DNA of 64,000 nucleotides from an uncultured Acidobacteriota bacterium (lineage in GTDB: Bacteria > Acidobacteriota > JAQAZP01). Position numbers and translations under genes: made by a program. Under the pieces are notes generated by a model. That model had not been told where the DNA came from. It saw only the letters and a list, made by a program, of their open reading frames with translations, and did not search any database. The stretch spans positions 1,632,001 through 1,696,000 of the forward strand of contig CAWIIB010000009.1 of NCBI GenBank assembly GCA_963836075.1. The letters run 5' to 3'. Below are positions 23,288 through 32,965 of the stretch, in pieces; position 1 is the first letter of the stretch, and each line of letters opens with the position of its first letter.

Positions 23288-23709
23288 TGAGCACCAACGA
23301 CCCCGCCATCCGCTTCAGTGTCTCGCTGCCCAACAAACTCCTCGCCGAGCTGGACCGCCGGGTGGTGCACCGGGGCTACGCCTCGCGTTCGGAACTGGTC
23401 CGCGACCTGATCCGGGAGAAGATCGTGGAAGAGAAGTGGGAGGACGTGGGCGAGGACGTGGTGGGGGTGCTGGTGATCGTCTTCGACCACCACCAGAAGG
23501 ACCTGGCGGAAAAGGTGATCCATGCCCAGCACCGGCGTCAGGTGAACATCCTCTGCTCGACCCACGTGCACATGGACCACCACAACTGCCTGGAGACGAT
23601 CATCATCAAGGGCCGCCCGCCGGAGATCGAGAAGATCGCCATCGAGATCGGCGGTCTGCGCGGCGTCCGCTTTGCCCGGCTGACCAGGGCATCATGCATG
23701 GAGATGTAA
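23287..23709 (+). CDS. nikR: Nickel-responsive regulator NikR
   Basis: RFSVSL...[12 protein letters not shown] ribbon-helix-helix; [12 protein letters not shown]. Confidence 0.95.
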   Translation: MSTNDPAIRFSVSLPNKLLAELDRRVVHRGYASRSELVRDLIREKIVEEKWEDVGEDVVGVLVIVFDHHQKDLAEKVIHAQHRRQVNILCSTHVHMDHHNCLETIIIKGRPPEIEKIAIEIGGLRGVRFARLTRASCMEM

Positions 23710-24681
23710 AAACCTCGCCGCCACTCTTTCCGACCAGTAGAGCCCTTCCCGGTTGAACTCCACAAAGCCCACGTGGCCGCCCGTCTCGGGTTTCAGCAGG
23801 GTCACCAGCGGGTTGGCCGCCGCCTCCTGCTCCGGGTAACATGGCGCGGAGAGGAACGGGTCGTTGACCGCATTGACGATCAGGGTGGGAACACCAATCC
23901 GCGGGATGTGGGGTTTGCAGCTGCACCGCGCCCAGTAGTCCCCGGCATCCCGGAAGCCGTGCAGCGGTGCGGTGTAGCGGTCGTCAAAATCCCGGAAGTC
24001 CTTTATCCGGCCATATCCCTTGTCGTCGATCCGGTGGGGGAACTGCTCCATCTTCCAGCGCACCTTTTTGTGCAGGTCGACGAGGAAGCGTTTCATGTAG
24101 ATCGCGTTGGAGCGCCGGGCCATCCGTCCGGCGGCGGCCTTCAGGTCGCAGGGCACCGAGAAGACCACGGCCCCCTTGACCAACGGGTCGATCCGCTGCG
24201 CCTGCCGGCCGAGGTGCAGCAGGGTGAGGTTGCCGCCGAGGCTGAAGCCCACCAGGGCCGCCTGCTCGTAGCGGCCCCCGCGCCCGGCGTGGTCGATCAC
24301 CCGCTGCAGGTCGTCGGTGGCCCCGTTGTGGTAGAGGCGGAAGATGCGGTTCGGTTCGCCGCTGCAGGAGCGCTGGTTCCAGGCCAGCACGTCCCAGCCG
24401 GCGCGGTTCAGCGCCCGGGCCATGCCGATGATGTAGGCCCGGTGCGTGTGCCCCTCCAGGCCGTGGGAGAGGATGGCCACCCGCCGGCAGCCACTGCCCG
24501 TTTCCGACCAGTCGAGGTCGAGGAAATCGCCGTCATCGGTTTCCAGCCGTTCCCGGCGGTAGAATCCCGGGTCGAGGCGCCGGAACAGGGTGGGGTAGAT
24601 CGTCTGCAGGTGGCCGTTGGTCAGCAGGAGCGGCGGCCGGTATGGCGGATCTTCCAGCGGTGTGGTTTCAGCGGGAGCCAT
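23692..24681 (-). CDS. Alpha/beta hydrolase, YheT family
   Basis: [31 protein letters not shown] and GGHVGF motifs. Confidence 0.88.
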   Translation of the reverse strand: MAPAETTPLEDPPYRPPLLLTNGHLQTIYPTLFRRLDPGFYRRERLETDDGDFLDLDWSETGSGCRRVAILSHGLEGHTHRAYIIGMARALNRAGWDVLAWNQRSCSGEPNRIFRLYHNGATDDLQRVIDHAGRGGRYEQAALVGFSLGGNLTLLHLGRQAQRIDPLVKGAVVFSVPCDLKAAAGRMARRSNAIYMKRFLVDLHKKVRWKMEQFPHRIDDKGYGRIKDFRDFDDRYTAPLHGFRDAGDYWARCSCKPHIPRIGVPTLIVNAVNDPFLSAPCYPEQEAAANPLVTLLKPETGGHVGFVEFNREGLYWSERVAARFLHLHA

Positions 24682-24762
24682 GGTACCCCGATCGTTGGAT
24701 GAATATGCCGTGTCCCGGACATTTATACAACGATCGGGTCTCACAGGGAACCGCGGGCCGGT

Positions 24763-26139
24763 TCAGCGGTCTGTCTGGCTGCCCATCCCTCCCGGAGCCC
24801 GCACTTTGGCCGACACCGGGCCGTGGAGGGTGCTGTGGCCCGCCAGGTTGACGTCCTCGAGCTTGTAGAAGTAGGTCCGCCCGGAGACCACCCGGTCATC
24901 GCTGAAGTCGTACAGCGCCCCCCAGCTCCCTCCGCCCCGGGTGGGGATCAGTTCCTTGTTGATCTTTTTGTACTGGCCTTCCTTGGTCTCACTGCGCCAG
25001 AGGTTGAATCCGGCACAGTCCATCTCGGCGGCCGTCTCCCACTCCAGGCGCACCTGGTCGGCCCCGCCCTTGGCGGTGAAGGAGGTCAGCTCCACCAGGG
25101 TGGCCACCTCCAGGCGGACGATGGTGACCGCATAGTGGGTCATGCCGCTGTAATCGCCGGCCCAGGTCATGGTGTGGGTGTTGTAGTCCCAGGTGTCGTT
25201 GATATACATCAGCTGGCCGCTGGTGTCGTCATAGCCGATTCCCGCCATGGTGTGGCCGGTGACATGGATCATCACCGGCCGGCCGGCATCGATTTCGGCC
25301 ATATACTGGGCCCAGGTAAATCCCTGGGTGTTGCCGTTGTAGCCGTAGATATACTGGTTGAACATCGAGTCCACGGTGTAACCCCTCGACTCGTAGAACA
25401 GCTTCAGGCCATACCCACCGTCATACAGGTAGGTGCTGCCGCTCTCCATCTGGGCCGCGGTAAGTGGGGCGCCGTCGGGGTAGTTGTAGAAGACGGTGCC
25501 GCCGTCCACGTTGAAACCCTGGGAGGAGAACCACTTGTTGGTCTTCATGTAGTCGCCGGTGCAGTCACCGGCGGTGTGTTCAGCCCAGTTCCCGTCATAG
25601 GGGTCGGGCCCCGTCTCGTTGTAATATTTCCAGTAGTCGTCCACGTGGCCGTTGGTGGACCGGCCGTCCAGACCGTTGTGCGTGGCGCTCAGCGGGCACT
25701 GGAACCGTGTGTCGCCGTTGGTGTCGATCCAGGCCGGCCAGACACTGTTGTCCATCGGCATCACTCCACCGTTGGTGGGGCCGGTGTAGATGTCGGGATG
25801 GGAGACCCGGTCGTAGTAGGCGGCGATCATCGCCGCGGTGGTGGCCGAGCAACCAAAGGACCAGCTGTACGCCGGGACCGGGATGGTGACCAGGGCGCGG
25901 TCGGCACTCGACTGGGGAAGCTCAACCGTTGGCCGGCGGGCGCCGGCCGGCGGTTCGGGTGGGCCGTTGATTACCGAACGGTCGAGGCTCGCCGGTCCGT
26001 CATTGACCACCGTTTCCAGGGTGAACCAGCGGGCGATGTCCGCTCCATGATCGCTGTTCGGGCCGGCGAAGGCGGTCGGGCAAAACGGCACCACCAGCAG
26101 AAGAAAAGTGATCGTTTGCCTGACATATCTGCTGTTCAT
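24763..26139 (-). CDS. Secreted papain-like (C10/C39-like) cysteine peptidase with a C-terminal FN3-like domain
   Basis: Signal peptide, GCSATTAAM (Cys), GRPVMIHVTGHTMAGIGY (His), INDTW, and C-terminal LVELTSFTA...YFYKLEDV. Confidence 0.65.
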   Translation of the reverse strand: MNSRYVRQTITFLLLVVPFCPTAFAGPNSDHGADIARWFTLETVVNDGPASLDRSVINGPPEPPAGARRPTVELPQSSADRALVTIPVPAYSWSFGCSATTAAMIAAYYDRVSHPDIYTGPTNGGVMPMDNSVWPAWIDTNGDTRFQCPLSATHNGLDGRSTNGHVDDYWKYYNETGPDPYDGNWAEHTAGDCTGDYMKTNKWFSSQGFNVDGGTVFYNYPDGAPLTAAQMESGSTYLYDGGYGLKLFYESRGYTVDSMFNQYIYGYNGNTQGFTWAQYMAEIDAGRPVMIHVTGHTMAGIGYDDTSGQLMYINDTWDYNTHTMTWAGDYSGMTHYAVTIVRLEVATLVELTSFTAKGGADQVRLEWETAAEMDCAGFNLWRSETKEGQYKKINKELIPTRGGGSWGALYDFSDDRVVSGRTYFYKLEDVNLAGHSTLHGPVSAKVRAPGGMGSQTDR

Positions 26140-26310
26140 TTGATTTTCCTCTCGTCGCATCAGTGCAGAGTGCATTTACCCTCTCATGAATATTTATCGA
26201 CAGCTTTGGTATGAGAGTTGAGTTATTGACTGGTTTGAGCGGGTATTGGAGGCCGTCAGGCCGGTGGGGGTGAAAGGGTTGATCAGCGGAAGACGAGTTG
26301 GGGTGGATCG

Positions 26311-27456
26311 TCACACCGGCGGCCGGTTGCCCTGGCCGTAACCGGTCAGTTCCACATAACCACGCCCGATGGGTGGGGCGTCCGGGGCGGCCCCGGCCGG
26401 GTGCACGGTCACCGCGCCTTCCCAGTAGGCCAGGCCCGAGCGGCGGCTGACATTTTCCTGGTTCGGAATGATCGGGTTGATGGTCAGGCGCAGGGCGCCA
26501 GCCCCAACCGGGTCCTCAAGCTCCAGTTCCCAGCCCGAAGGGTAGGAGATGCCGGTCTCCGGGCTCTCCCAGCTGTCGGTCACCTTCAGTTTCCAGTCAG
26601 TTTCCATGCTGAGGTAGAGCGGCTCTCCCGTTGCCGGAACCACCGTCCCGCGGCCGAAGACCGGCCGGCCATCGCGGTTGCGCAGCTGGTAGAGCATCAG
26701 CTCGCGGCCGTCGTCCAGCTGGATCGAGAACCAGTCCCAGCCCGCCTGCTGGCCGGTCAGCTCGTTGCTGAAGAACTCGCGGTCCATCCAGCTGGTGCCG
26801 CTGACCTCCACTGGTCCGCCGCCGGCGGTGATGCTGCCGGTGGTCTCCATCCGGGTAAAGCTGTAGTAGTAGCTGGCCGCGCCGGGTTCACCCCCCTTGC
26901 GACTCACGCCGCCCGGCCCCTGGAAGACCAGCGGTTTTTCCGGTGTAACGAGAAGGTGCAGTGCCATCTGCTGGCGGCGGTCCTCCATCCTGATCCGAAA
27001 GCCTGCGCCGTCGATGATCAACGACCATTGGGTCGAGGTCCCGGCGGGACCGATAGCGGATGCGATCCGCGCCTCGCCGGGTCTGCCGAAGCCGCCGAAG
27101 AGTGGCGAGTCACGCCAGAGCAGCTCGCTGAACCAGTGCTTCCCGCCGGCCGCGTCGGTGATCGAGGCGTGGCCCATGATCAGGCTGCCCGCGGCCCATG
27201 CCGAATCCAGAACCGGCCTCGACCGCAGCAGGCCCACCCGGAAGAAGGTGAACTGGAAGCCGAAGCGCCGGCCGGGGTCGTCAGCCGCCTCCAGCTGGCC
27301 GGTGACATACCACCACTCGGTCTTGTACTCCGGATGGGACCAGTGGTCGGCGGGGAAGGACCAGCTGTAGCCGGGGGACACCGGAGCCCAGTTGTCTGCC
27401 GCCGCGGCCGCGGAGAGCAGCAGGAGGATCAACAGGCAGGTGAAGCGTGCGCGCAT
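26311..27456 (-). CDS. AttH/CrtC-like lipocalin-fold secreted protein
   Basis: FPADHWSHPEYKTEWWY, ASYYYS, WMDRE, GWDWFS, YWEGAV and GYVELTGY motifs. Confidence 0.85.
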   Translation of the reverse strand: MRARFTCLLILLLLSAAAAADNWAPVSPGYSWSFPADHWSHPEYKTEWWYVTGQLEAADDPGRRFGFQFTFFRVGLLRSRPVLDSAWAAGSLIMGHASITDAAGGKHWFSELLWRDSPLFGGFGRPGEARIASAIGPAGTSTQWSLIIDGAGFRIRMEDRRQQMALHLLVTPEKPLVFQGPGGVSRKGGEPGAASYYYSFTRMETTGSITAGGGPVEVSGTSWMDREFFSNELTGQQAGWDWFSIQLDDGRELMLYQLRNRDGRPVFGRGTVVPATGEPLYLSMETDWKLKVTDSWESPETGISYPSGWELELEDPVGAGALRLTINPIIPNQENVSRRSGLAYWEGAVTVHPAGAAPDAPPIGRGYVELTGYGQGNRPPV

Positions 27457-27457
27457 G

Positions 27458-30010
27458 CTACAAATCCTCCCGGCTCAGTTCCTGCGCCGCCACCCGGCTG
27501 CCGCGGAGCGCGGGGTAGACGCTGGCGGCCAGGGCCGCGGCCATGATCGCCGCCGCCTGGCGCAACAGGGCCGGCCAGGGCCAGTGGGGCTGGATGGTCC
27601 AGCCGAAGTAGGCCGGGTTGATCACATAGATCAGGATCATTGCCAGCACCACCCCCCCCGCGGCGCCCAGCAGGGTGCCGAGGAGCCCGGCGGCCAACCC
27701 CTCGCCGAGAAAGAGGCGGAAGATCTGTCCCCGGCCGGCGCCCAGACAGCGGTAGAGGGCCAGTTCGGAGACCCTCTCCCGGGCCTGGACCAGCAGGCTG
27801 AGGGCGATGCCGCAGGCCGCGGTGAGCAGGGCCATCACCTGCAGCAGCCGGGTCACGGCAAACGTCTGGTCGAAGAGGTCCAGCACCCCCCGGCGGATAT
27901 CACCGCTGCTGCGGATGTCCAGCGGCAGGTGGGCGTACCGTGCGCGGAGATCGTCCGCCGCCTCCCGGAGGGTGGTCCCCTCCTTGAGATAGAGACCCAC
28001 GCTGTGCACCTTGCCCGGACCGAAGAAGCGGTCCACCGTTTTCATGGAGAGGTAGGCCATCCCGCTCTCCGTGCTGTAGTCGCGGCTCACCCCGGCGATG
28101 GTGAAACGCTCTTCGCCGTCAGGGCCGGTGATGGCCAGGGTATCGCCGGGGCCCAGACCGGCCTTGAGGGCCAGCGGCTCGGTGATGATCGCCGCTTCCT
28201 CGTCCCGCACCCTGCGCAGCGCCTCCCGCGAGTCGCCGCGCTTCAGCGGCAGGATGTAGTCGCTGTTCTCCAGGTCGAAGCTGATCCCGCTGAGCACGAT
28301 TTTCCGTTCACCGGACATGACCGGGAAACGGCGCAGCAGGGCCGAGGAGCGGACACCGGGCAGGGCGGCCAGCTCGTCCACCAGCTCGGGGGTGAGAAAG
28401 GCTTCGCGGCCGGCGCGGGTCCATGATTTTGTGGTGACGTAGATGTCGGCCCGCACGTAACCGGTGATCCAGGTTTCCAGGGTGGCGCGGAAGGAGCCGA
28501 CGAGCAGCGTCACCCCCACCAGCATGCAGACGGCGATACCCAGGGCGGCCACCGCCACCGAGCTGGTGCCCAGCCGCAGCAGGAGGTTGCGCGTGCTGTA
28601 GGCCAGGCCCAGGCGGCGGACCCTGATCCCCCGGCAGACCAGGCGGATGGCCAGCGGGGTGAGCAGAGGAAAGGCCACCAGGATCACCAGGCCGAGGGAA
28701 AATCCGCCCCAGCGGACGGTGCGGCCATAGAAACCGTAGAAGGCGAGCGCAGCAACCCCCACGGCCAGGGCGACCAGCGCCATCCGCGGGGCCAGGCGGC
28801 CGGCACGCTGGTGCAGGGTGAAGGCGGCCAGCAGTGTCCGGGTGTCCTTGCGCGCCATGTCCAGCGACGGTTGGAGGGCCCCCACCAGCGCCCCGCCCAC
28901 GCCAATGAGCAGGGCGAGAAAGACCAGGTCCGCCGGGACCCGGAGCTGCTCCAGCTCTTCCAGGAGGTAGATGTTGGTCAGCGTGCCGCTCACCACGCCC
29001 ATGTTGAGCCGGGCGGCCAGCCAGCCCAGGGGGATGCCGATGACCGCCCCCAGCAGTCCCAGGGCGCCGGCCTCGCCGAGGATCAGCAGGAGCACCTGGG
29101 ACCTGGTGCCGCCCAGGGAGCGGATCAGCCCGAACTCGGCCCGCCTCCTGACCAGCGTGGCCCGTACGCTGCCGTAGACCAGAAAGATGCCCACAAAGAG
29201 ACTGATCAGGCTCAGCGCGGTGAGGTTCAGACGGAAGGCCGAGAGCAGTCCCGCCGCGTTCTGTTCCCGCTGCTCCGGAGTGAGCAGTTGCACCGCCGGG
29301 CCGAGGGCGGATGTCAGGCGGCGGCGCACGTCCTCCAGGTCGTGGGCGTCGTCGATCTTCAGGTCCACCTGGTGCAGTTCGCCCCGGCGGCCCAGCAGCG
29401 ACTGGGCCTGGGCGATGTCCATCACCGCCAGCTTCCGCGGAGCCAGCGGCGTGTGACGGCGGAAATCCACCAGGGCGCCGATATGCAGATCCACCAGGCG
29501 GCTGCCGCTGCTCACGGTCAGCGAATCGCCCACCGACCAGCCCATCTCTTCGGCCAGTGCCGGTGAGACGGCCACCCAGCCGGGCCGGGCGAGGAAATCG
29601 GCCAGGGCTCCGGTTCCGAGGGTTCCGGAGTCGTCGCCATCCCCGCTGACCAGGGGCAGCCGGCCGGCGGCAAAGAGGTCGAGACCGGCCACCTCGAGGA
29701 AGAGGCCCGGCTGCTCTTCCACCGCCACGTCGATGCGGTAGATCGGCCAGGCTTCATGCACCCCGGCGGTGGCCAGCACTTTGGGGTAGAAGGTTTCGGG
29801 CAGGGTGGGGGTGCGGCCGGTGACGCTGAGGTCGGCGTCGCCGCTGAGCGACTGCACGCTGCCGGAAAAGGCGGCCAGGGAATTGCGGTTGAGCAACTGG
29901 ATGGAGAAGACCGAGGCCACGCCCAGGGCCACGCCCAGCACGGCCAGCAGGGTCAGGCTGCGTCCGTGGTGCAGGCGGCTGGCCAGGGTTCTCTGGATGT
30001 AGGCGATCAC
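27458..30010 (-). CDS. FtsX/MacB-like ABC transporter permease (AttF/G-like, duplicated domain)
   Basis: GVALGVA, AFRLNLTALS, SFRATLETW, FDQTFAVT and INPAYFGWTI motifs. Confidence 0.88.
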   Translation of the reverse strand: MIAYIQRTLASRLHHGRSLTLLAVLGVALGVASVFSIQLLNRNSLAAFSGSVQSLSGDADLSVTGRTPTLPETFYPKVLATAGVHEAWPIYRIDVAVEEQPGLFLEVAGLDLFAAGRLPLVSGDGDDSGTLGTGALADFLARPGWVAVSPALAEEMGWSVGDSLTVSSGSRLVDLHIGALVDFRRHTPLAPRKLAVMDIAQAQSLLGRRGELHQVDLKIDDAHDLEDVRRRLTSALGPAVQLLTPEQREQNAAGLLSAFRLNLTALSLISLFVGIFLVYGSVRATLVRRRAEFGLIRSLGGTRSQVLLLILGEAGALGLLGAVIGIPLGWLAARLNMGVVSGTLTNIYLLEELEQLRVPADLVFLALLIGVGGALVGALQPSLDMARKDTRTLLAAFTLHQRAGRLAPRMALVALAVGVAALAFYGFYGRTVRWGGFSLGLVILVAFPLLTPLAIRLVCRGIRVRRLGLAYSTRNLLLRLGTSSVAVAALGIAVCMLVGVTLLVGSFRATLETWITGYVRADIYVTTKSWTRAGREAFLTPELVDELAALPGVRSSALLRRFPVMSGERKIVLSGISFDLENSDYILPLKRGDSREALRRVRDEEAAIITEPLALKAGLGPGDTLAITGPDGEERFTIAGVSRDYSTESGMAYLSMKTVDRFFGPGKVHSVGLYLKEGTTLREAADDLRARYAHLPLDIRSSGDIRRGVLDLFDQTFAVTRLLQVMALLTAACGIALSLLVQARERVSELALYRCLGAGRGQIFRLFLGEGLAAGLLGTLLGAAGGVVLAMILIYVINPAYFGWTIQPHWPWPALLRQAAAIMAAALAASVYPALRGSRVAAQELSREDL

Positions 30011-30690
30011 GACTGCACCAGCACGCCGCTCTGGAGCGGTAGCACCTCGTCCGCCAGGCCGGCCAGCTCGCGGCTGTGGGTGACGAAAATCAGGGTGGAA
30101 CCCTCTTCGCGGGCCAGGGCCAGCAGCAGGTCCATCACCTGGCGGCTGTTCTCGTCATCGAGGCTGCCGGTGGGTTCGTCGGCCAGCAGCAGCCGCGGCC
30201 GGCGAACCAGGGCCCGGCAGATGGCCACCCGCTGCATCTCCCCGCCGCTCAACTGCTGTACCGGGTCGCCTCTCCGGTCGGCCAGTCCCACCCGCTCCAG
30301 CAGATCGTGGATGCGGGGCAGGACCGATGCGCTGGTCTGGCCGGCGATCCACTCGGGCAGGGCAACATTGTCCTCGACTGTGAGATGGGGCAGCAGGTGG
30401 AAGAACTGGAAGATCAGGCCCACGCTCTTGCGGCGGAGCAGGGTGCGTTCTTTCTCAGAGAGGCCGGCCAGATCCCGCCCCTCCAGCAGGATCCGGCCGC
30501 CGGTGGGCAGGTCGATGCCGGCGGCGAGATTGAGCAGGGTGGACTTGCCGCTGCCGCTGCGCCCCACCACGGCCACCGTGCTGCCGGCGGCCACCTCCAG
30601 GGAGATCTCCCGCAGGGCGGTCCGTCCCCCACCCCCCTCCCGGGGGAAGACCTTGGAGACGGCATCAAACTGCAGGGCAGGAGAGGTCAT
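30007..30690 (-). CDS. ABC transporter ATP-binding protein (LolD/AttE-like)
   Basis: GRSGSGKST, LSGGEMQRVA and ADEPTG motifs. Confidence 0.92.
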   Translation of the reverse strand: MTSPALQFDAVSKVFPREGGGGRTALREISLEVAAGSTVAVVGRSGSGKSTLLNLAAGIDLPTGGRILLEGRDLAGLSEKERTLLRRKSVGLIFQFFHLLPHLTVEDNVALPEWIAGQTSASVLPRIHDLLERVGLADRRGDPVQQLSGGEMQRVAICRALVRRPRLLLADEPTGSLDDENSRQVMDLLLALAREEGSTLIFVTHSRELAGLADEVLPLQSGVLVQS

Positions 30691-31694
30691 CGGTGTTTCT
30701 TGAACCTGGCCTGAATCGTGCCGGCGCTGCTTCTCAACCGGTCCAGCAGCCGCAATGATTTCGGCGCAGTGGAAATGATGTTGCTCGGCAATGATGCCGT
30801 GCCGAAACTTTTCTTGAAGGCCTTCGCCCCCTCGTGACCGCCACTGGGATTGAAATCAAACCACTGGCATCCCCGCTGGCAGGCATCGCTGATACTCTCA
30901 TACATCAGCAGGTTGACCGGGCGCAGGTTGAAATGCTCGGAGAGCGCAGCGCCGTGCCAGTAGACAACGTGCTTCCCTGCATACAGGCAAAGTGCACCCG
31001 CCACGATCGAATTCTCATACAGCGCCAGCCACAACTTCACATTTTCCGAATTGAGGCCGTGCAGCGTGTGGAACAGTTCCCACGAATAGCGTGACGTCGC
31101 GCTGTCACCCCAGCGCCTGAGCGAGTCTTCATAGACAGTGAAGTATTCTTTCCACTGCTCCTGGTCTGTCGCCGCCCTGATGACCACTCCCGCCTTCCGT
31201 GCCTGCTGCACGGCCGAACGGTGTCCCTTGGTCCACCTCTTGTATACCGCATCGAAGCCGTCAAGCAGGTTGATTGCATGTGTTTCGTCTGTTTGGGTGC
31301 AGTTCAACTCGATGTTGGAGAGGAGCGTATCGTATGGATTCAGCCGCCAGGTCAACCGGCCGGGCAATGAACAGATGTATTCGGCCAGAAGAGTCGTGTG
31401 TTCATTCTCCAGATCTGCCGCGGCGATCCAGCCCCCGTATGTCCCGGCCGGCGATGAGAGGTAGTTCCGGATCATCCCCTTGCCGCTTTTGTGAACGGAA
31501 AGGGGCAGCAAGGCCTGCCGGCCATCCGAGAATTCCACCAGCAATGGGTCGGGCTGTATGGAGTGCTTGCTGTAGGCCTGCCAGGTCAGGGCCCACTCCC
31601 GGGAGTGGAAGAAGGTGGAGTAGCTGCACCCCTGCCATATGGAGTCCCACTCCGCGGGGCTGGCCTGCCTGACATCCTTGATCAGAACCTTCAT
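30687..31694 (-). CDS. GNAT/FemAB-like N-acyltransferase
   Basis: STFFHSREW, QARKAGV, YWHGA, NLLMYESI and FDFNPSGGHEG...FKKSFG motifs. Confidence 0.8.
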   Translation of the reverse strand: MKVLIKDVRQASPAEWDSIWQGCSYSTFFHSREWALTWQAYSKHSIQPDPLLVEFSDGRQALLPLSVHKSGKGMIRNYLSSPAGTYGGWIAAADLENEHTTLLAEYICSLPGRLTWRLNPYDTLLSNIELNCTQTDETHAINLLDGFDAVYKRWTKGHRSAVQQARKAGVVIRAATDQEQWKEYFTVYEDSLRRWGDSATSRYSWELFHTLHGLNSENVKLWLALYENSIVAGALCLYAGKHVVYWHGAALSEHFNLRPVNLLMYESISDACQRGCQWFDFNPSGGHEGAKAFKKSFGTASLPSNIISTAPKSLRLLDRLRSSAGTIQARFKKHR

Positions 31695-31783
31695 TCAGAT
31701 ACCTGGTGCTCCGGATCGGTTTCAACCATCTATAGATCCTCGGTCCCCGCTTGTCAAACCCGGAGCGTGTATGTCCGGCCCGG

Positions 31784-32116
31784 TCACTCCGGCAGATCCT
31801 CCAGCACCAGGTGCATCCGGCGCCGGTAGGTCCGGAGCGCCTCCCGGCCCTTGCCGGTGATCCGGTAGAGCGTTCGCGGGATCTTGTCCACGAAACTCTT
31901 CTCGACATTCACCAGCCCCGCCTCCTCCAGCTTGCTCACGTGGGAGGAGAGGTTGCCCCGGGTCAGCCCGGTCTGGCGCAGGAGGAAGAGGAAGTCGGCG
32001 CTCTTCAGGCCGTGGAGAAAGGAGAGGATCAGCAGGCGGGCCGGTTCGTGAACCAGCCGGTCCAGACGATTGACCGGATGGACCGGCGTGCGCTCCGAAT
32101 CGTTACTCGTGCCCAT
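31784..32116 (-). CDS. Winged-helix transcriptional regulator (HTH_34/MarR-like)
   Basis: LDRLVHEPARL...DFLFL...LTRGNLSSHVSKLEEAG...ITGKGR. Start MGTSND at 32116. Confidence 0.88.
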   Translation of the reverse strand: MGTSNDSERTPVHPVNRLDRLVHEPARLLILSFLHGLKSADFLFLLRQTGLTRGNLSSHVSKLEEAGLVNVEKSFVDKIPRTLYRITGKGREALRTYRRRMHLVLEDLPE

Positions 32117-32711
32117 TGGTTTCCTCCTCATCAATCGGGTGGGTGCGGACGAACCTGCGGAAGAGGAACAGGCCGTTGCCGAAAACCAGGACGCCCATGG
32201 CCAGGAGATAGACGCGCAGGCCCAGGTAGCTTCCACTTTGAACCAGCAGGGCCAGCAGGATCCCTCCGACGATTGAGACCAGGGCCAGCAGGTGGTAGCG
32301 CAGCAGGCCGGACCGCCGGCCGGCGTAGACCAGGCCTCCACTGAACAGAACGCCGGCCAGGGCCGGCGACCAGCGCCGCCACTGGGACGGGTCACCGGCG
32401 TTGCCCAGCACCAGCAGCACGAGGCCCAGCAGCACCACGGCGGAGATGCCGAAGATGGCGATGCCCCCCAGCAATCGGCCTGGCGGTTCGCCCTGCAGGT
32501 CCACATAGCCGAGACGGGGCTCGATAAATCTGCGGCTGGCGGCCCGGTAGACCGGGCCGAGGAGCAGCAGCGGCACCAGGTAGAGCCAGGTCAGGGCCGG
32601 CTTGTCGATCACCACCGCGGGGACGATGAAGAACGACGCGATAATCATGTCGGCCAGGCCACTCTGCATCGCTTCGCGGTAGGCCAGACGGTCGGCTGTT
32701 TTTCCGTTCAT
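32103..32711 (-). CDS. Integral membrane protein co-transcribed with the HTH regulator
   Basis: About 6 hydrophobic segments and an EPRLGYV motif. AGGAGG RBS before ATG 32711. Confidence 0.75.
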   Translation of the reverse strand: MNGKTADRLAYREAMQSGLADMIIASFFIVPAVVIDKPALTWLYLVPLLLLGPVYRAASRRFIEPRLGYVDLQGEPPGRLLGGIAIFGISAVVLLGLVLLVLGNAGDPSQWRRWSPALAGVLFSGGLVYAGRRSGLLRYHLLALVSIVGGILLALLVQSGSYLGLRVYLLAMGVLVFGNGLFLFRRFVRTHPIDEEETNGHE

Positions 32712-32773
32712 GGCTGGTACCTCCTTCTTGCTGTCAATCGCCTCGGAAACGGCGCAGTTTGTGATGAATATCG

Positions 32774-32825
32774 GTTTGTAATGCAAACTCATTTACAATA
32801 TAGACTCTGGTCCATCTGTTGTCAA
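32774..32825 (-). promoter_or_regulatory. Sigma70 promoter with a downstream palindromic operator
   Basis: TTGACA (32825-32820)-N17-TATATT (32802-32797) on the minus strand; palindrome GTTTG-TAATG-CAAAC at 32774-32788. Confidence 0.65.
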
Positions 32826-32965
32826 GTCCACTCTGCAAACTGGCACTGGAATGCCGTCGTCGTGAAGAACCGAGCATTCGGGGGCGCGTCTCAACCAGCG
32901 GCAGCCGCCGCTGAAGGTGATGGACGTCATCGGGCGGCCGGGTGGGGAGTAGTTGCCGGTTGTTT

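Noticed and set aside
26311-27456. Carotenoid hydratase CrtC implying carotenoid synthesis
   Set aside because: No crt genes are nearby, and linkage with the ABC permease and ATPase indicates the AttH-like group.
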